NCBI GenBank assembly: GCA_963845515.1 | Contig: CAWJSR010000006.1 | Span: 32,001 to 96,000 of the forward strand | DNA: 64,000 bases | DNA from: an uncultured delta proteobacterium | GTDB taxonomy: Bacteria > Myxococcota > Myxococcia > Myxococcales > Anaeromyxobacteraceae | Direction of reading: 5' to 3' | Part shown: one piece after another, positions 32,174 to 42,692 of the stretch | How the letters are laid out: each line of letters opens with the position of its first letter | Numbering within the stretch: position 1 is the first letter of the stretch | Made by a program: the position numbers and the translations under genes | The notes under the pieces: generated by a model | The model's database searches: none | The model's input: the letters and a program-made list of their open reading frames with translations, nothing else | What the model was told of the DNA's origin: nothing

Positions 32174-32205
32174 CGCAAGTTTCCGCCCTGCAGGCGGTTC
32201 AAACC
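32173..32205 (+). promoter_or_regulatory. Putative ECF promoter for the anti-sigma/export operon
   Basis: Second copy of GCGCAAGTTT..CGGTT with identical spacing. Confidence 0.6.
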
Positions 32206-32238
32206 CCACGACGAGCGCCGCTGCGCTCCGGAGCCACC

Positions 32239-32700
32239 ATGCGCTGCGAAAGATCCCGAAGACTGCTCGGACTGGAGCTGGACGGCCGCCTCGAGGCGCC
32301 CGACGCCGCGCGGCTCGCCGCCCACCTGGCGGCCTGCGAGTCCTGCGCGGCCGCGAGGATCTCGCTGGCTCACGCGTGGGAGCGGCTCGGCGTGCTGCCA
32401 GCAGGCCCGCCGCCCGCCGAGGACTGGCCCACCATCTCCACGAGGATCGCCCAGCGCGCCGAGCGCCGCCCGTGGCTCCGCTGGCCGCTCGCCGCGCAGC
32501 GTGCGATCCGGGTGGCGGCCGTCGCTGGCCTGGCCGCCGTCGGGCTGCTCCTCGGCGACGCCGCCGCCCGCGCGGCCCTCCAGCCGGTTCGCGTCGCCTC
32601 TCCCGAGGCGGTCGCCATCGCCGAGGGCTTCGGCGACCTCCCCTTCGGCGCGCCGTCTCCCGGGCTGCTCCTGGGTGACGGCTACGGGGCGCGGCGATGA
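32239..32700 (+). CDS. zf-HC2 anti-sigma factor
   Basis: MRC..LDGRL..HLAACESC plus a TM helix. Confidence 0.88.
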   Translation: MRCERSRRLLGLELDGRLEAPDAARLAAHLAACESCAAARISLAHAWERLGVLPAGPPPAEDWPTISTRIAQRAERRPWLRWPLAAQRAIRVAAVAGLAAVGLLLGDAAARAALQPVRVASPEAVAIAEGFGDLPFGAPSPGLLLGDGYGARR

Positions 32701-33182
32701 AGCGCGCCATCCTCCTCGGGCTCCTGGTCGTCTCGCTCGCCGCGAACGCCGCCGTCGCCTGGCACGCGCTCCGGCGCGCCCACGCGTGCGGGCCCGGCGG
32801 GATGCCGGCGGAGCCGCTCCTCTTCCAGCGGCTGAGGCTGGGCGAGGCGCAGCGGAGCGCGATCCTGGCCAGGCGCGCCAGCCTCATGGAGAAGCGCGCG
32901 GCGACCGCGGCGCGGCTCGGCGAGCTGCGCGGAGACCTCGCGACCGCCCTCTCGCAGGGGGAGGCGGGAAGGGGCCGGATCGACGCGATCCTCGCGGACC
33001 TCGAGCGCGCCCAGCACGACTACCAGCGGACCGTCGTGGAGCACCTGCTCGCGGTCCGCGAGACGCTCACGCCGGAGCAGCGGCCGGTCTTCGAGGGGCT
33101 CCTCGGGGAGCGGCTGCGCGCCGGCTGGATGATGCAGCCCGACGGAGTGGCCCCGGGCGACCTGGGCGGAGGTTCCAAGTGA
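32697..33182 (+). CDS. Spy/CpxP/ZraP-like periplasmic sensor (Metal_resist-like)
   Basis: SLAAN anchor, LRL...QR, LTPEQR motif. Confidence 0.82.
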   Translation: MKRAILLGLLVVSLAANAAVAWHALRRAHACGPGGMPAEPLLFQRLRLGEAQRSAILARRASLMEKRAATAARLGELRGDLATALSQGEAGRGRIDAILADLERAQHDYQRTVVEHLLAVRETLTPEQRPVFEGLLGERLRAGWMMQPDGVAPGDLGGGSK

Positions 33183-34413
33183 TCGAGAAGCTGAGGCAGC
33201 ACCCCGTGCAGGTGGGGCGGCGTCGCCGCGCTCGCCGTGGCCGTGGTCGTAGCCGTGCTCGCCTCGCGCGACACGTCGGCGGCGACCGGGGCCGCGGCGC
33301 AGCTGGTGCCGGTCGGCCGGCGGACGCTGTCGTCCAACGTGCAGGCCACGGGGCTGGTCCGCGCCCGGACCGGGGCCGAGGTGAAGGTCGGCGCCCGCAT
33401 CTCCGGCCGGGTGGAGCGGCTCTTCGCGAACGTCGGGGACCGCGTGAAGAAGGGGGCGCCGATCGCGAAGCTCGACGATCGCGACCTGCGCGCCCGCGCG
33501 GCGCGCGCCGCGGCCGACGTCGCGGCCGCACGCGCCCAGCTCGCCGTGGTGAGGCGCGGCGCGCGCCCCGAGGAGATCTCCGAGGTCGAGGCCGGGCTCG
33601 CGCAGGTCGAGGCCGAGGAGCGGCTCGCGGCCTCGCAGGCGCAGCGGACCGGTGGGCTCGTGGCGAAGGGCCATGTCGGCCAGGAAGAAGGGGATCGGGC
33701 GCAGCGGGACCTCGCCGTGGCGCAGGCGAAGAGCGCCGCGGCGCGGAGCCGGCTGCAGCTGGCGCGGAGGCGCTACGTGGACGAGGACGTCCTCCTCGCG
33801 GACGCGCGGGTGAAGCAGGCCGAGGCCTCGCTGGCCGAGGCGCAGGCGATGGTCTCCTTCGCGACGCTCACGGCCCCGATCGACGGCGTGATCGCCCAGG
33901 TCTCGACGCAGGAGGGCGAGACGGTCTCCGCCGGCATGAGCGCGCCGACCTTCGTCACCCTCATCGATCTCGAGCGGCTCGAGGTGGCGGCCTACGTCGA
34001 CGAGGTGGACGTCGGCCGCATCCGCGTCGGCCAGCGGGCGGCCTTCAGCGTCGACGCGTTCCCGGGCGAGGAGTTCACCGGCACCGTCACGGCGATCTAC
34101 CCCCGCGCCGTGATCCAGTCGAACGTCGTCAACTACATCACCACCGTCGCCATCGAGAACCCGGACGGGAAGCTCAAGCCGGACATGACGGCGAACGTCA
34201 CGGTGTCGCTCGACGAGCGCAAGGGCGTCCTGGCCGTGCCGGACAGGGCGCTGCGGCGCGAGCGCGGGCGGACGGTCGTGTACGTGGCCGCCGGCGCCGG
34301 GCGCCGAGCCGCGCGAGGTGAAGGTCGGGCTGCGCGGAGGAGGGATGGCGGAGATCGTCTCCGGCCTCGCCGAGGGCGAGCGTGTGCAGATCCTCGAAGG
34401 AGAGAAGCGATGA
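33179..34413 (+). CDS. MacA-like periplasmic adaptor; frameshifts near 33215 and 34299
   Basis: VGARISGRV, APIDGV, VDEVDVG, LKPDMTA, GLAEGERV. Confidence 0.88.
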
Positions 34414-35142
34414 TCGAGCTGAAGGACGTGCAGAAGACCTACCGGAACGACGCCGGGCTCGAGGTCCGCGCGCTGCGCGGGATCTCGCTCTCCGTCGGCG
34501 CGGGCGACTTCGTCGCCATCATGGGGCCGTCGGGCTGCGGGAAGAGCACGCTGATGAACGTGATCGGCACGCTCGACCGGCCGACCGGCGGCACCTACCG
34601 GATCGGCGGCGACGAGGTCGGGGCGCTCACCGACGAGCAGCTCTCCAGGCTCAGGAACCGCGCGCATCGGCTTCGTCTTCCAGGCGTTCCACCTCCTCCC
34701 CCTGCTCACCGCCGAGGAGAACGTGGAGCTGCCGCTCGTCTACGCCGACGCCGAGCCGGCGGACGGGCGGGAGCGCGCCCGCGCGGCCCTGGCGCGGCTC
34801 GGGCTCGGCGACCGGGGACACCACCGGCCCGGCGAGCTCTCGGGCGGGCAGCAGCAGCGCGTCGCCATCGCGCGCGCGCTCGTGACCGACCCGGACGTCA
34901 TCGTCGCCGACGAGCCGACCGGCAACCTGGACAGCAGGGCGAGCCTCGAGGTGATGGCAGTGCTCCAGGAGCTCTGGCGGCAGGGGAAGACCATCGTCCT
35001 CGTCACGCACGAGCCGGACGTGGCGCGCTACGCGCCGCGCCTCGTCACCCTGCGCGACGGCGTGGTGGTGTCCGACGCGACGGTCCCGCAGCCCGCTGAC
35101 GCGGCCGCGGAGCTCACCCGGACGGCGAAGGAGGCTGCCTAG
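34410..35142 (+). CDS. MacB/LolD-type ABC ATPase; frameshift near 34663
   Basis: [35 protein letters not shown]. Confidence 0.93.
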
Positions 35143-35144
35143 CC

Positions 35145-36353
35145 ATGAAGGCCATCGGACTCGCGGCACGCGTCGGCCTCCGCGGCCTCGCCCTCCGCAA
35201 GGGGCGCGCGGCGCTCATGATGCTCGGCGTCGCCATCGGGATCGTCACCCTCACCGTGGTCGTCTCGGTCGCCAAGGGAGCCAAGGTGAAGGTCGAGGGC
35301 GGCATCCAGAACTTCGGCCCCGACGCCCTCGTCGTCGCGGCGGGGAGCCCCCAGTTCCGCGGCCCCGGCGACGAGCGCGTCACCACGCTCGTCGACGAGG
35401 ACGTCGCCGCCATCCGGGCGCTCCCCGGCGTCCGCGTGGCCATGCCGATGGTGGTGCGCGTGGGGCAGGACGTCAGCGCGCGCGGCCGGGAGCACATGGC
35501 TGCCGTCATGGGCGCCACGCCGGACTACGAGGAGGCGTGGGACTGGCGCGTCGCGGCGGGGGAGCACGTGTCCGAGGCGCACGAGGCCTCGGCGGCGCGG
35601 GTCGCCGTCCTGGGCGCGACCGTGGCGAAGGAGCTCTTCGGGCAGGACGATCCCGTGGGCGACTCCATCCGCGTCGGCGACCAGTCCTTCAAGGTGGTGG
35701 GGGTCCTCGCCCGGCGTGGCGCGAGCCCGATGGGCATGGACATGGACAACCGCGTGGTGGTGCCGCTCTCGACCGCGACGCGCCGGCTCTTCAACGTGAG
35801 CTGGTACAGCCTCGTCCGCGTGCGCGCCACCTCCATGGGTGAGGGGGACGCCGTCGCCGCCCGCGTCACCGCGCTGCTGCGGGAGCGCCACCGGATCGGC
35901 GCCGGCGACGCGGACGACTTCGCCGTCCGCTCGCCGACCGCCATCCGGACGATGGCGGCGGCGATGACGAGGAAGCTCACCACGATGCTGGGCCTCGTCT
36001 CGATCATCGCCCTCGTGGCCGGCGCGGTGGTCCTCGCCAACATCCTGCTGGCCGCCGTGTCGGAGCGGCGCGCGGAGATCGGGCTCACCAGGGCCCTGGG
36101 GGCGACGCGCCGCCAGGTGGTGCAGCAGTTCCTCGTCGAGGGGGTGACCGTCACCCTCGCCGGCGGTGCAGTGGGAGTGCTCGTCGGCGCGCTGGTGGCC
36201 ACGATCATGGGGCGGATGAAGATGCCGGTCGCGGTGAGCTGGGAGCCGTTCGCCCTGGCGGTCGTCGCCAGCGTCGTGGTCGGCCTCGCGGCCGCGGCGG
36301 TGCCCGCGCGGCGGGCGGCCGCCATCGACCCGGCGACCGCGCTCAGGCCGTAG
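35145..36353 (+). CDS. MacB-family ABC permease
   Basis: LGVAIG, VSERRAEIG..RALGA, PARRAA.IDP. Confidence 0.93.
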   Translation: MKAIGLAARVGLRGLALRKGRAALMMLGVAIGIVTLTVVVSVAKGAKVKVEGGIQNFGPDALVVAAGSPQFRGPGDERVTTLVDEDVAAIRALPGVRVAMPMVVRVGQDVSARGREHMAAVMGATPDYEEAWDWRVAAGEHVSEAHEASAARVAVLGATVAKELFGQDDPVGDSIRVGDQSFKVVGVLARRGASPMGMDMDNRVVVPLSTATRRLFNVSWYSLVRVRATSMGEGDAVAARVTALLRERHRIGAGDADDFAVRSPTAIRTMAAAMTRKLTTMLGLVSIIALVAGAVVLANILLAAVSERRAEIGLTRALGATRRQVVQQFLVEGVTVTLAGGAVGVLVGALVATIMGRMKMPVAVSWEPFALAVVASVVVGLAAAAVPARRAAAIDPATALRP

Positions 36354-36380
36354 CGCCCCCCACCGGACGCGAGGCAAGGC

Positions 36381-37595
36381 ATGGAGCCCGGTCGCATCGC
36401 CAGCCTCGCGTTCCGCTCCGCCTGGCGGGAGCGCAGGCGCACCTGGCCCGCGGCGCTCGGGATCGCCGTCGGCGTGGCCGCGCTGGTGGCCATGGTCGGC
36501 GTCGGGCAGGGGGCCGAGCGCGCGGTGGTGGACCGGATCCGGGCGATGGGCTCGGACCTGGTCACGGTCAGCTCCGGCCAGGTCCGCGTCGTCGCGGGGC
36601 GGGCGCGGCAGGTTGGCAACGTGACGACGCTCTCCGCCGCGGACGCCGAGGCGCTCCACGCCATCGACGCGATCGCGCAGGTCGCCCCTGCGCAGAGCCA
36701 GAAGCTCCCCGTGCAGTGGGGCGACCTGAAGAGCGCGACCACGGTCCTCGGGGCGGGCGAGGGGGTCTTCCCCGTCCGCAACCTGGAGGTGGCCAGCGGG
36801 CGCCGGTTCGACGCGGAGGAGGACCGCGCTGCGCGCAGGGTCGCGCTGATCGGCGAGACGGTGCGGCAGAGCCTCTTCGGGGACCGGAGTCCGGTGGGCG
36901 AGCTCCTGCGCATCAACCGGGTCCCCTTCGAGGTGATCGGGACGCTGGCGCCCAGGGGCGTGGACGCTGGCGGGACCGACCAGGACGACGTGGTCGTGGT
37001 GCCGCTCGGCGCCGCGCTGCGGCGCCTCATGAACGTCGATCACCTCTCCAACATCTACGTGCAGGCGCACCGGGGACGCACGGGCGAGGCCGCGATGGAG
37101 ATCGCGGCGCTGCTCCGGGAGCGCCACCGGCTGAGGGCCGGGAAGGGCGACGACTTCACCGTGCAGGACCAGGCCGACGCGCTGGCGGTCGAGGCCTCCG
37201 CCGCGGAGAGCTTCACCGCGCTGCTCGCGGTGGTCTCGGCCGTCGCGCTGCTCATCGGCGGCGTGGGCGTCCTCGCGGTGATGCTCATCGCAGTCCGCGA
37301 GCGCGTGCGCGAGGTGGGGCTCCGGCGCGCGCTCGGCGCGACCCGGCGCGACGTCCTGCTCCAGTTCGGCGGCGAGGCGCTCGCGATCGGGGTGGTCGGG
37401 GGCGCCGTCGGGGTCGCCGGAGGCGCGGCGGCCGCGCTCGCCGCGTCGGCGCTCGGCGGCTGGCCGATCGAGATCTCGCTCGGCGCGGCCGGAGGTGCGG
37501 CGGCCCTGTCGACCCTCGTCGCTGCGGGGTTCGGCGCGATCCCCGCGCGCCGCGCGGCTGCGGTCGACCCGGCGACGTCGCTGCGGGGGGCCTAG
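36381..37595 (+). CDS. MacB-family ABC permease, second paralog
   Basis: LLIGGVGV, VRERVREVGLRRALGA, PARRAA.VDP. Confidence 0.93.
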   Translation: MEPGRIASLAFRSAWRERRRTWPAALGIAVGVAALVAMVGVGQGAERAVVDRIRAMGSDLVTVSSGQVRVVAGRARQVGNVTTLSAADAEALHAIDAIAQVAPAQSQKLPVQWGDLKSATTVLGAGEGVFPVRNLEVASGRRFDAEEDRAARRVALIGETVRQSLFGDRSPVGELLRINRVPFEVIGTLAPRGVDAGGTDQDDVVVVPLGAALRRLMNVDHLSNIYVQAHRGRTGEAAMEIAALLRERHRLRAGKGDDFTVQDQADALAVEASAAESFTALLAVVSAVALLIGGVGVLAVMLIAVRERVREVGLRRALGATRRDVLLQFGGEALAIGVVGGAVGVAGGAAAALAASALGGWPIEISLGAAGGAAALSTLVAAGFGAIPARRAAAVDPATSLRGA

Positions 37596-37598
37596 GAC

Positions 37599-38568
37599 CT
37601 ACTCGGGATCCCCCGGCTCGTCCTTCTTCTCGTCCCCCGCCTTCTTCTTGAGCCCCGCGCGCTCCAGGGCGTCCGCGACGCCGCGCGGCTTCCGCTCGTC
37701 TGGGAGCGCGTCCGTCGGCGCGGAGACCGACGGCACGCCCTGGCCGAGCGTCTTCACCTGCGCTCGCAGCGCGACCTGCACGCGCGCGCGGGGGTCGGCC
37801 TTCACGCCGTAGGCCGCGTCGAGCGAGATGCTGAGCGGGACGCCGGTCTGCGCGTCGAGGATGAGCTCACCCGTCGCCGAGACGGGCTGCGCCCCGTCGA
37901 GGAGGGCGAGCCGCGCCTTCGTGTCGGGGTCGGGTCCGCCCTGCGGGAAGACGCGCGTGTCGGACGGCGGCGCGGCCTCCGCGACGTCGGTCGCGAGGGA
38001 GAGGGCATAGCGGATGGCCGCGCGGCCGAGGAGGTTCGTCTCGCCTGCGTTGCCGAGCGCGAGCCGGGGGCCGAAGAGGCTCGCCAGATCGCCAGCCAGT
38101 CCGAAGCTCTCGCCCCGGTATCGCCGCGCGTCGTGGCCGTGGTCGCCGGGCCGCTCGCGCCATGGCGCCCATCGCCCCCGCGCGTAGGTCATGCTGCCGG
38201 CCCAGATCACGTCACGCCCCGTCTCGGCGCCCTCCCCGAGGCCGGGATCGATCCCGTTCTCGACGAGGAACTCGCCGGTGGCGGCCTGCACCAGCCGGTG
38301 TCGCTCCACCGCGCGCACGCTCTCGGCGCTCCCCTGCCGGCTGACCGTCCACTCGACGCCGGCGGTCCACTCGAAGCTGCCGATCCGGCGAGCCGCCTCG
38401 TCGGCGTCGAGGAGGAGCGAGCGCTCCGGCCGCTCCGGGTCGAAGCGGGGCGCGCCGGCGCCCTGCTGCCCGGCGCCCTGCGCGGCGAGAGGATCCCGCG
38501 CCCTTGCGGCCGCAGCCGGATGCCACGGCGAGCGTCAGGGCGGCGGTGATGAGGAGGCGAAGGGTCAT
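37599..38568 (-). CDS. Hypothetical lipoprotein; frameshift near 38470-38500
   Basis: LAVASGC lipobox; the downstream frame continues with high-GC codon usage. Confidence 0.6.
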
Positions 38569-38655
38569 TTTGGGGTTCGGGGTCGGGCTCCGGGGTCGGG
38601 GCAATCTAGCGGGCCGCGGGGCCGGTGCCAACGGGCGGCCGATCGCGCCCGACGG

Positions 38656-40341
38656 TCAGTCCTCCACGGCGCCCGCCGGCGCGCTCGCCTCGACGTCGGC
38701 GACCGAGACGCGGCCGTCGCTGAAGAGGATCCGGTCGCACCGGTGGAGCAGCTCTGGGAGCCCGTCGCGCGTCGCCGCCGAGACGGCCACGCCGTCGCGG
38801 TGATGTGCGAGCGCGGCGGCGTCGCCGCTGGGGAGCCGATCCGCCTTGTTGAAGACCAGGAGCCGCCGCTTGCCGTCCAGCTCCAGCTCCCGGAGGATCG
38901 TCTCGACCGCGCGGATCTGCTGATCGTGGCGCGGATCGGCGGCGTCCACCACGTGCAGCAGCAGGTCGGCGTCGTAGAGCTCCTCCAGCGTCGCGCTGAA
39001 GGCCGTGACGAGGTCCTCCGGCAGGTCGCGGATGAAGCCCACCGTGTCGGTGATGATCACCTCGCGGTCGCGCGGGAAGCGGAGCCGCCGGCTCGTCGGG
39101 TCCAGGGTCGCGAAGAGCTTGTCCTCGACGAGGACCTCGGACGCGGTGAGCGCGTTGAGGAGGGTCGACTTCCCGGCGTTGGTGTAGCCGACGATCGAGA
39201 GGACCGGCAGCGATCGCTCGTTCCGCTGCTTGCGCCGCAGCCCGCGGTTCTGGGACAGGGACGCGATCCGGCGCTCCAGCGCGGTGATCCGGTCGCGCAC
39301 GCGGCGGCGATCGATCTCCAGCTTCGTCTCGCCCGGCCCGCGGCCGCCGATGCCGCCTGCCAGGCGGGAGAGCGAGTCGTCGCGCCCCACGAGGCGCGGG
39401 TAGAGGTACTTGAGCTGCGCCAGCTCGACCTGGAGCTTGCCGTCCGCCGACTGGGCGCGCTGCGCGAAGATGTCGAGGATGAGCTGCGTCCGGTCGAGGA
39501 TCTTGAGGCTGGTGACCTCGGCGATGTGGCGCGCCTGCGACGGCGACAGGTCGGCGTCGAAGACGATCATGCTCGCCATGAGCTGCATCGAGTGGAGCAC
39601 CAGCTCCTGGAGCTTCCCCTCGCCGATGAAGTAGCGCGGGTCGGGATCGCGCCGCATCTGCAGCGTCGCGTCGAGCACCTCGACGCCGGCGGTGCGCGCC
39701 AGCTCCTTCAGCTCCTCCAGCGATCCCTCGGCGTCGGCGCGGGTCCGCCGCTTCCCGCCCCAGCCGACGAGGATGGCCCGCTCGCGCCCGCCGGTCCGGC
39801 GCACCGCCCGCGCGCGCGCGAACTCCTCCTCCAGGGCGAGGGCCTGGGAGAGGGCGGGCCAGTCGAGGTCGTGGACCGACGGCGCCACCTCGTCCTTCCA
39901 GAGGGCGCCGCGCTCGTTCTCCGGCACGAGGTGGGCGAAGTGCACGCGTCCCGGGAGGCCGTCGTCCTTCACCTCCAGCGCCGCGACCAGGTCGAGCCGG
40001 AGCAGCGCGAGGTCGGTGTGATCGTCGCGGGTGACCGGCTCCCCGTGCAGGTGCGTGTGGACGAGCCGCAGCCCGCGGAGGCGGCTCTCGCCGGCGCGCG
40101 CGCGCCCCACGTCCGGGAGGTCGAGCTTCCTCGCGTCGCCGACGATGACCGCCTCGACGTCCCCCTTCCGGTCGAGGAAGACGCCGACCTGCCGGTTGGT
40201 CTCCAGCGAGAGCTCGGTGAGGTGGCGCGCGAGCTCCGGCGAGACGATCGCCTCGGCGTCGACCCGGCGGCGATAGGTGCGGCGGAGCGCTTCGAGCTGG
40301 GAGGGCTTGAGGCCGAGGGTGTTGCCGAAGACGTCCTTCAT
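38656..40341 (-). CDS. hflX: GTPase HflX, long form with N-terminal extension
   Basis: GGIGGRGPGETKLE, GYTNAGKST, LFATLD, DTVG, NKAD. Confidence 0.97.
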   Translation of the reverse strand: MKDVFGNTLGLKPSQLEALRRTYRRRVDAEAIVSPELARHLTELSLETNRQVGVFLDRKGDVEAVIVGDARKLDLPDVGRARAGESRLRGLRLVHTHLHGEPVTRDDHTDLALLRLDLVAALEVKDDGLPGRVHFAHLVPENERGALWKDEVAPSVHDLDWPALSQALALEEEFARARAVRRTGGRERAILVGWGGKRRTRADAEGSLEELKELARTAGVEVLDATLQMRRDPDPRYFIGEGKLQELVLHSMQLMASMIVFDADLSPSQARHIAEVTSLKILDRTQLILDIFAQRAQSADGKLQVELAQLKYLYPRLVGRDDSLSRLAGGIGGRGPGETKLEIDRRRVRDRITALERRIASLSQNRGLRRKQRNERSLPVLSIVGYTNAGKSTLLNALTASEVLVEDKLFATLDPTSRRLRFPRDREVIITDTVGFIRDLPEDLVTAFSATLEELYDADLLLHVVDAADPRHDQQIRAVETILRELELDGKRRLLVFNKADRLPSGDAAALAHHRDGVAVSAATRDGLPELLHRCDRILFSDGRVSVADVEASAPAGAVED

Positions 40342-40465
40342 CTGTCCTGAGGTGCACTCTAGCCGCCGGACGCCCCGCGCGCGAGCCCCGTCGGAGGACG
40401 GTCCAGAGCGCGGCGGAGGCGCCCCGCCGACTATCTCCCGGGCTGACCAGCAGGGGGAGGTTCCA

Positions 40466-41452
40466 ATGGCCGACGTCGCGACGAAGTATCTCGGGCTGGA
40501 GCTGGCGAGCCCGCTGGTCCTCGCCTCCTCCTCGATCTCAAACAGGGTGGACGCGCTCGAGGCCGCAGAGGGGCACGGCGCCGGCGCCGTGGTGCTCCGA
40601 TCGCTCTTCGAGGAGCAGCTCGAGAGCGCCCAGACCGCGCTCGACGAGGAGCTGACCCGCGGGCAGGACACCAACCCCGAGGGGCGCACCTACTTCACGC
40701 CGCAGCGGGTCGGGCCGCACGAGTACCTCTCGCTCATCGAGCGGGCGAAGAAGGCGCTCCGGATCCCGGTGATCGCGAGCCTCAACTGCGCCGCCCCCGG
40801 GAGCTGGGCCGGGTACGCACGTGACATCGAGGGGGCCGGGGCCGACGCGCTGGAGATCAACATCTACACGGTGGAGGCCGATCCCTCGGTGACCGGCGCC
40901 GAGATCGAGCGGCGCCACGTCGAGGTGGTCGAGTCGGTCCGCGCGGCGGTCAAGCTCCCGATCGCCGTGAAGCTGTCGCCGTACTACACCTCCGTCGCCA
41001 ACATGGCTGCCCGGATGGAGGCGGCCGGGGCGCAGGGGCTCGTCCTGTTCAACCGCTTCCTCCAGCCGGACATCAACCTGGAGAAGCTGGCGCCACAGGT
41101 CGGCATGAACCTCTCGGCGCCGTCCGAGACGCTCGTGCCGCTCCGCTGGATCGCGCTCCTCCACGGCCGCACGAAGGGAGACCTCGCCTCGTCGACTGGG
41201 ATCCACGACGCGCAGGGGGCGGCGAAGCACCTCCTCGCCGGCGCGACGGTGGTGCAGCTCGCGTCGACGCTGGTGAGGAACGGCGTCACCCACGTCGGCA
41301 GGATCCGCGCAGATCTGGAGGCCTGGATGGACAAGCGCGGCTACTCCACGCTCGACGACGTGCGCGGGACGCTCTCGCAGCGCCACGTGCTCGACCCGGC
41401 CGCGTTCGAGCGGGCGCAGTACGTGCAGCTCATCCTGTCGCAGAACGGGTAG
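40466..41452 (+). CDS. Dihydroorotate dehydrogenase-like flavoprotein
   Basis: YLGL.L.SPLV, SLFEEQ, VKLSPY, LFNRF.QPDI, LRWIA, FERAQY. Confidence 0.88.
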   Translation: MADVATKYLGLELASPLVLASSSISNRVDALEAAEGHGAGAVVLRSLFEEQLESAQTALDEELTRGQDTNPEGRTYFTPQRVGPHEYLSLIERAKKALRIPVIASLNCAAPGSWAGYARDIEGAGADALEINIYTVEADPSVTGAEIERRHVEVVESVRAAVKLPIAVKLSPYYTSVANMAARMEAAGAQGLVLFNRFLQPDINLEKLAPQVGMNLSAPSETLVPLRWIALLHGRTKGDLASSTGIHDAQGAAKHLLAGATVVQLASTLVRNGVTHVGRIRADLEAWMDKRGYSTLDDVRGTLSQRHVLDPAAFERAQYVQLILSQNG

Positions 41453-41497
41453 CGTCCGAACCCGACGACCCGATCGGAGACTGTCTCCCGCCGGAGC

Positions 41498-42069
41498 TCA
41501 GCCCTCCGCGAGCGGCAGCCCCAGGAACCGTGCGTAGCGCCGCGCCGCGGCGGCGAGGGCGCGGCGTCGCCTCGCGGAGAGCGGGGCGAAGGGGAGGAGC
41601 TCGACGGCGAGATCCCGCGCTGTCCGGCGGTCGAGATCCGGGCCGCCTCCAGCGCCCGCACCACGTCCGGGCGCGCGAGCGCGCGGCCCCCTTCCAGCGC
41701 CCGGCGGAGCACCTTCCGGCTCCGCGCGAAGGTGGCCGCGTCGAGCTCCAGCTGGCGGAACCGGGCGGCGGCCGACGCGATGACCCGCGGCGCGACGAGC
41801 GCGAGCATCCAGCGCACGTCCTCCGCGGCGACCAGGTGGAGGGTTCCCCGCAGGGGCCACGTCCGCACGAGGGTCCGGTCGGCGAGCGCCTGCTCCACCC
41901 GGCGCTCGGTCGCCCCCTTCGTGCGGAGGCCGACGGCCCAGAGCGACCCGAGGTAGTCCTGCGCCTGCACCGCGCCGAGCCGCGCCACCACCTCACGCGG
42001 CTCGGCGGGCGGGGTGCCTGCGATCCCCTGGGCGCGCAGGCGCAAGGCGGCGACCTCGGTGGGCGTCAC
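41498..42069 (-). pseudogene. AlkZ/YcaQ (HTH_42) family gene with a large internal deletion
   Basis: AVQAQD and RTWPLRGTLHLV N-terminal part joined out of frame near 41612 to the C-terminal ..AARRYARFLG. Confidence 0.72.
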
Positions 42070-42158
42070 GAGGGGAGCGTAGTCGCGGCGTGGGGTAGCC
42101 GCAAAACCCACTGGCCCGCGCCCTGCGGGTTTCCGGTACCGTCGTCGCGGAGGCCGGG

Positions 42159-42467
42159 ATGGTGGCGAGAAAGAAGCGCGCCGGCAAGGCGCGCGGTGGC
42201 TGGAGGGTCTACTTCCTGCGCTGCGGGGACGGCTCGCTCTACGCCGGCGCGACCAACGACATGGCCCGGCGCCTCGCCCGCCACGCCTCCGGCAAAGGCG
42301 GGCGCTACACCCGCTCGCGCCTCCCGGTCGAGCTCGTCTACGAGGAGCCCGTCCGCGGCCGCGGCGCGGCGCTCAGACGCGAGGCGGCGCTGAAGCGGCT
42401 CTCAAGGAAGGAGAAGCTGGCGCTGGCGGGGACTTGGCGTCACTCCGCCGGCCGGAGCCCGAGGTAG
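42159..42467 (+). CDS. GIY-YIG nuclease (YhbQ/UPF0213-like)
   Basis: VYFLRCGDGSLYAGATND..R...H, GGRYTRSRLPV, A.RRE..LK. Confidence 0.9.
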   Translation: MVARKKRAGKARGGWRVYFLRCGDGSLYAGATNDMARRLARHASGKGGRYTRSRLPVELVYEEPVRGRGAALRREAALKRLSRKEKLALAGTWRHSAGRSPR

Positions 42468-42685
42468 AGCACGTCGGGATCGAGGTCGGCGCCGTTGGGC
42501 CAGGCGAGCGTCCTGCCGACGGGATCGACGTAGACCGCGCGAAAGAGCATCGGGTCGTCGATCAGCGGCTGGAAGACCGGGCCGTGCAGGAATGGGGCGA
42601 GGTCGATCCGGCGGAGCGAGCCGTCGGTGAACGTGACCTCCACGTCGAAGCCGGTCAACGGCCTGACCTCGCGAACGCGCACCAT
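42440..42685 (-). CDS. DUF2442 protein (putative antitoxin)
   Basis: VTFTDG..IDL...L.GPVF.PL, TLAWPNGADLDPDVLY. Confidence 0.88.
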   Translation of the reverse strand: MVRVREVRPLTGFDVEVTFTDGSLRRIDLAPFLHGPVFQPLIDDPMLFRAVYVDPVGRTLAWPNGADLDPDVLYLGLRPAE

Positions 42686-42692
42686 GACGCCA

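Noticed and set aside
33237..35099. 620-aa MacA-ATPase fusion
   Set aside because: A frameshift near 34299 produces it. The correct MacA C-terminus (GLAEGERV) ends at 34413, overlapping the ATPase start codon.
38572..38602. GGGGTCGG tandem tract resembling the Y1 element end motif
   Set aside because: Low-complexity; lacks the TTACTCTC half of the motif.
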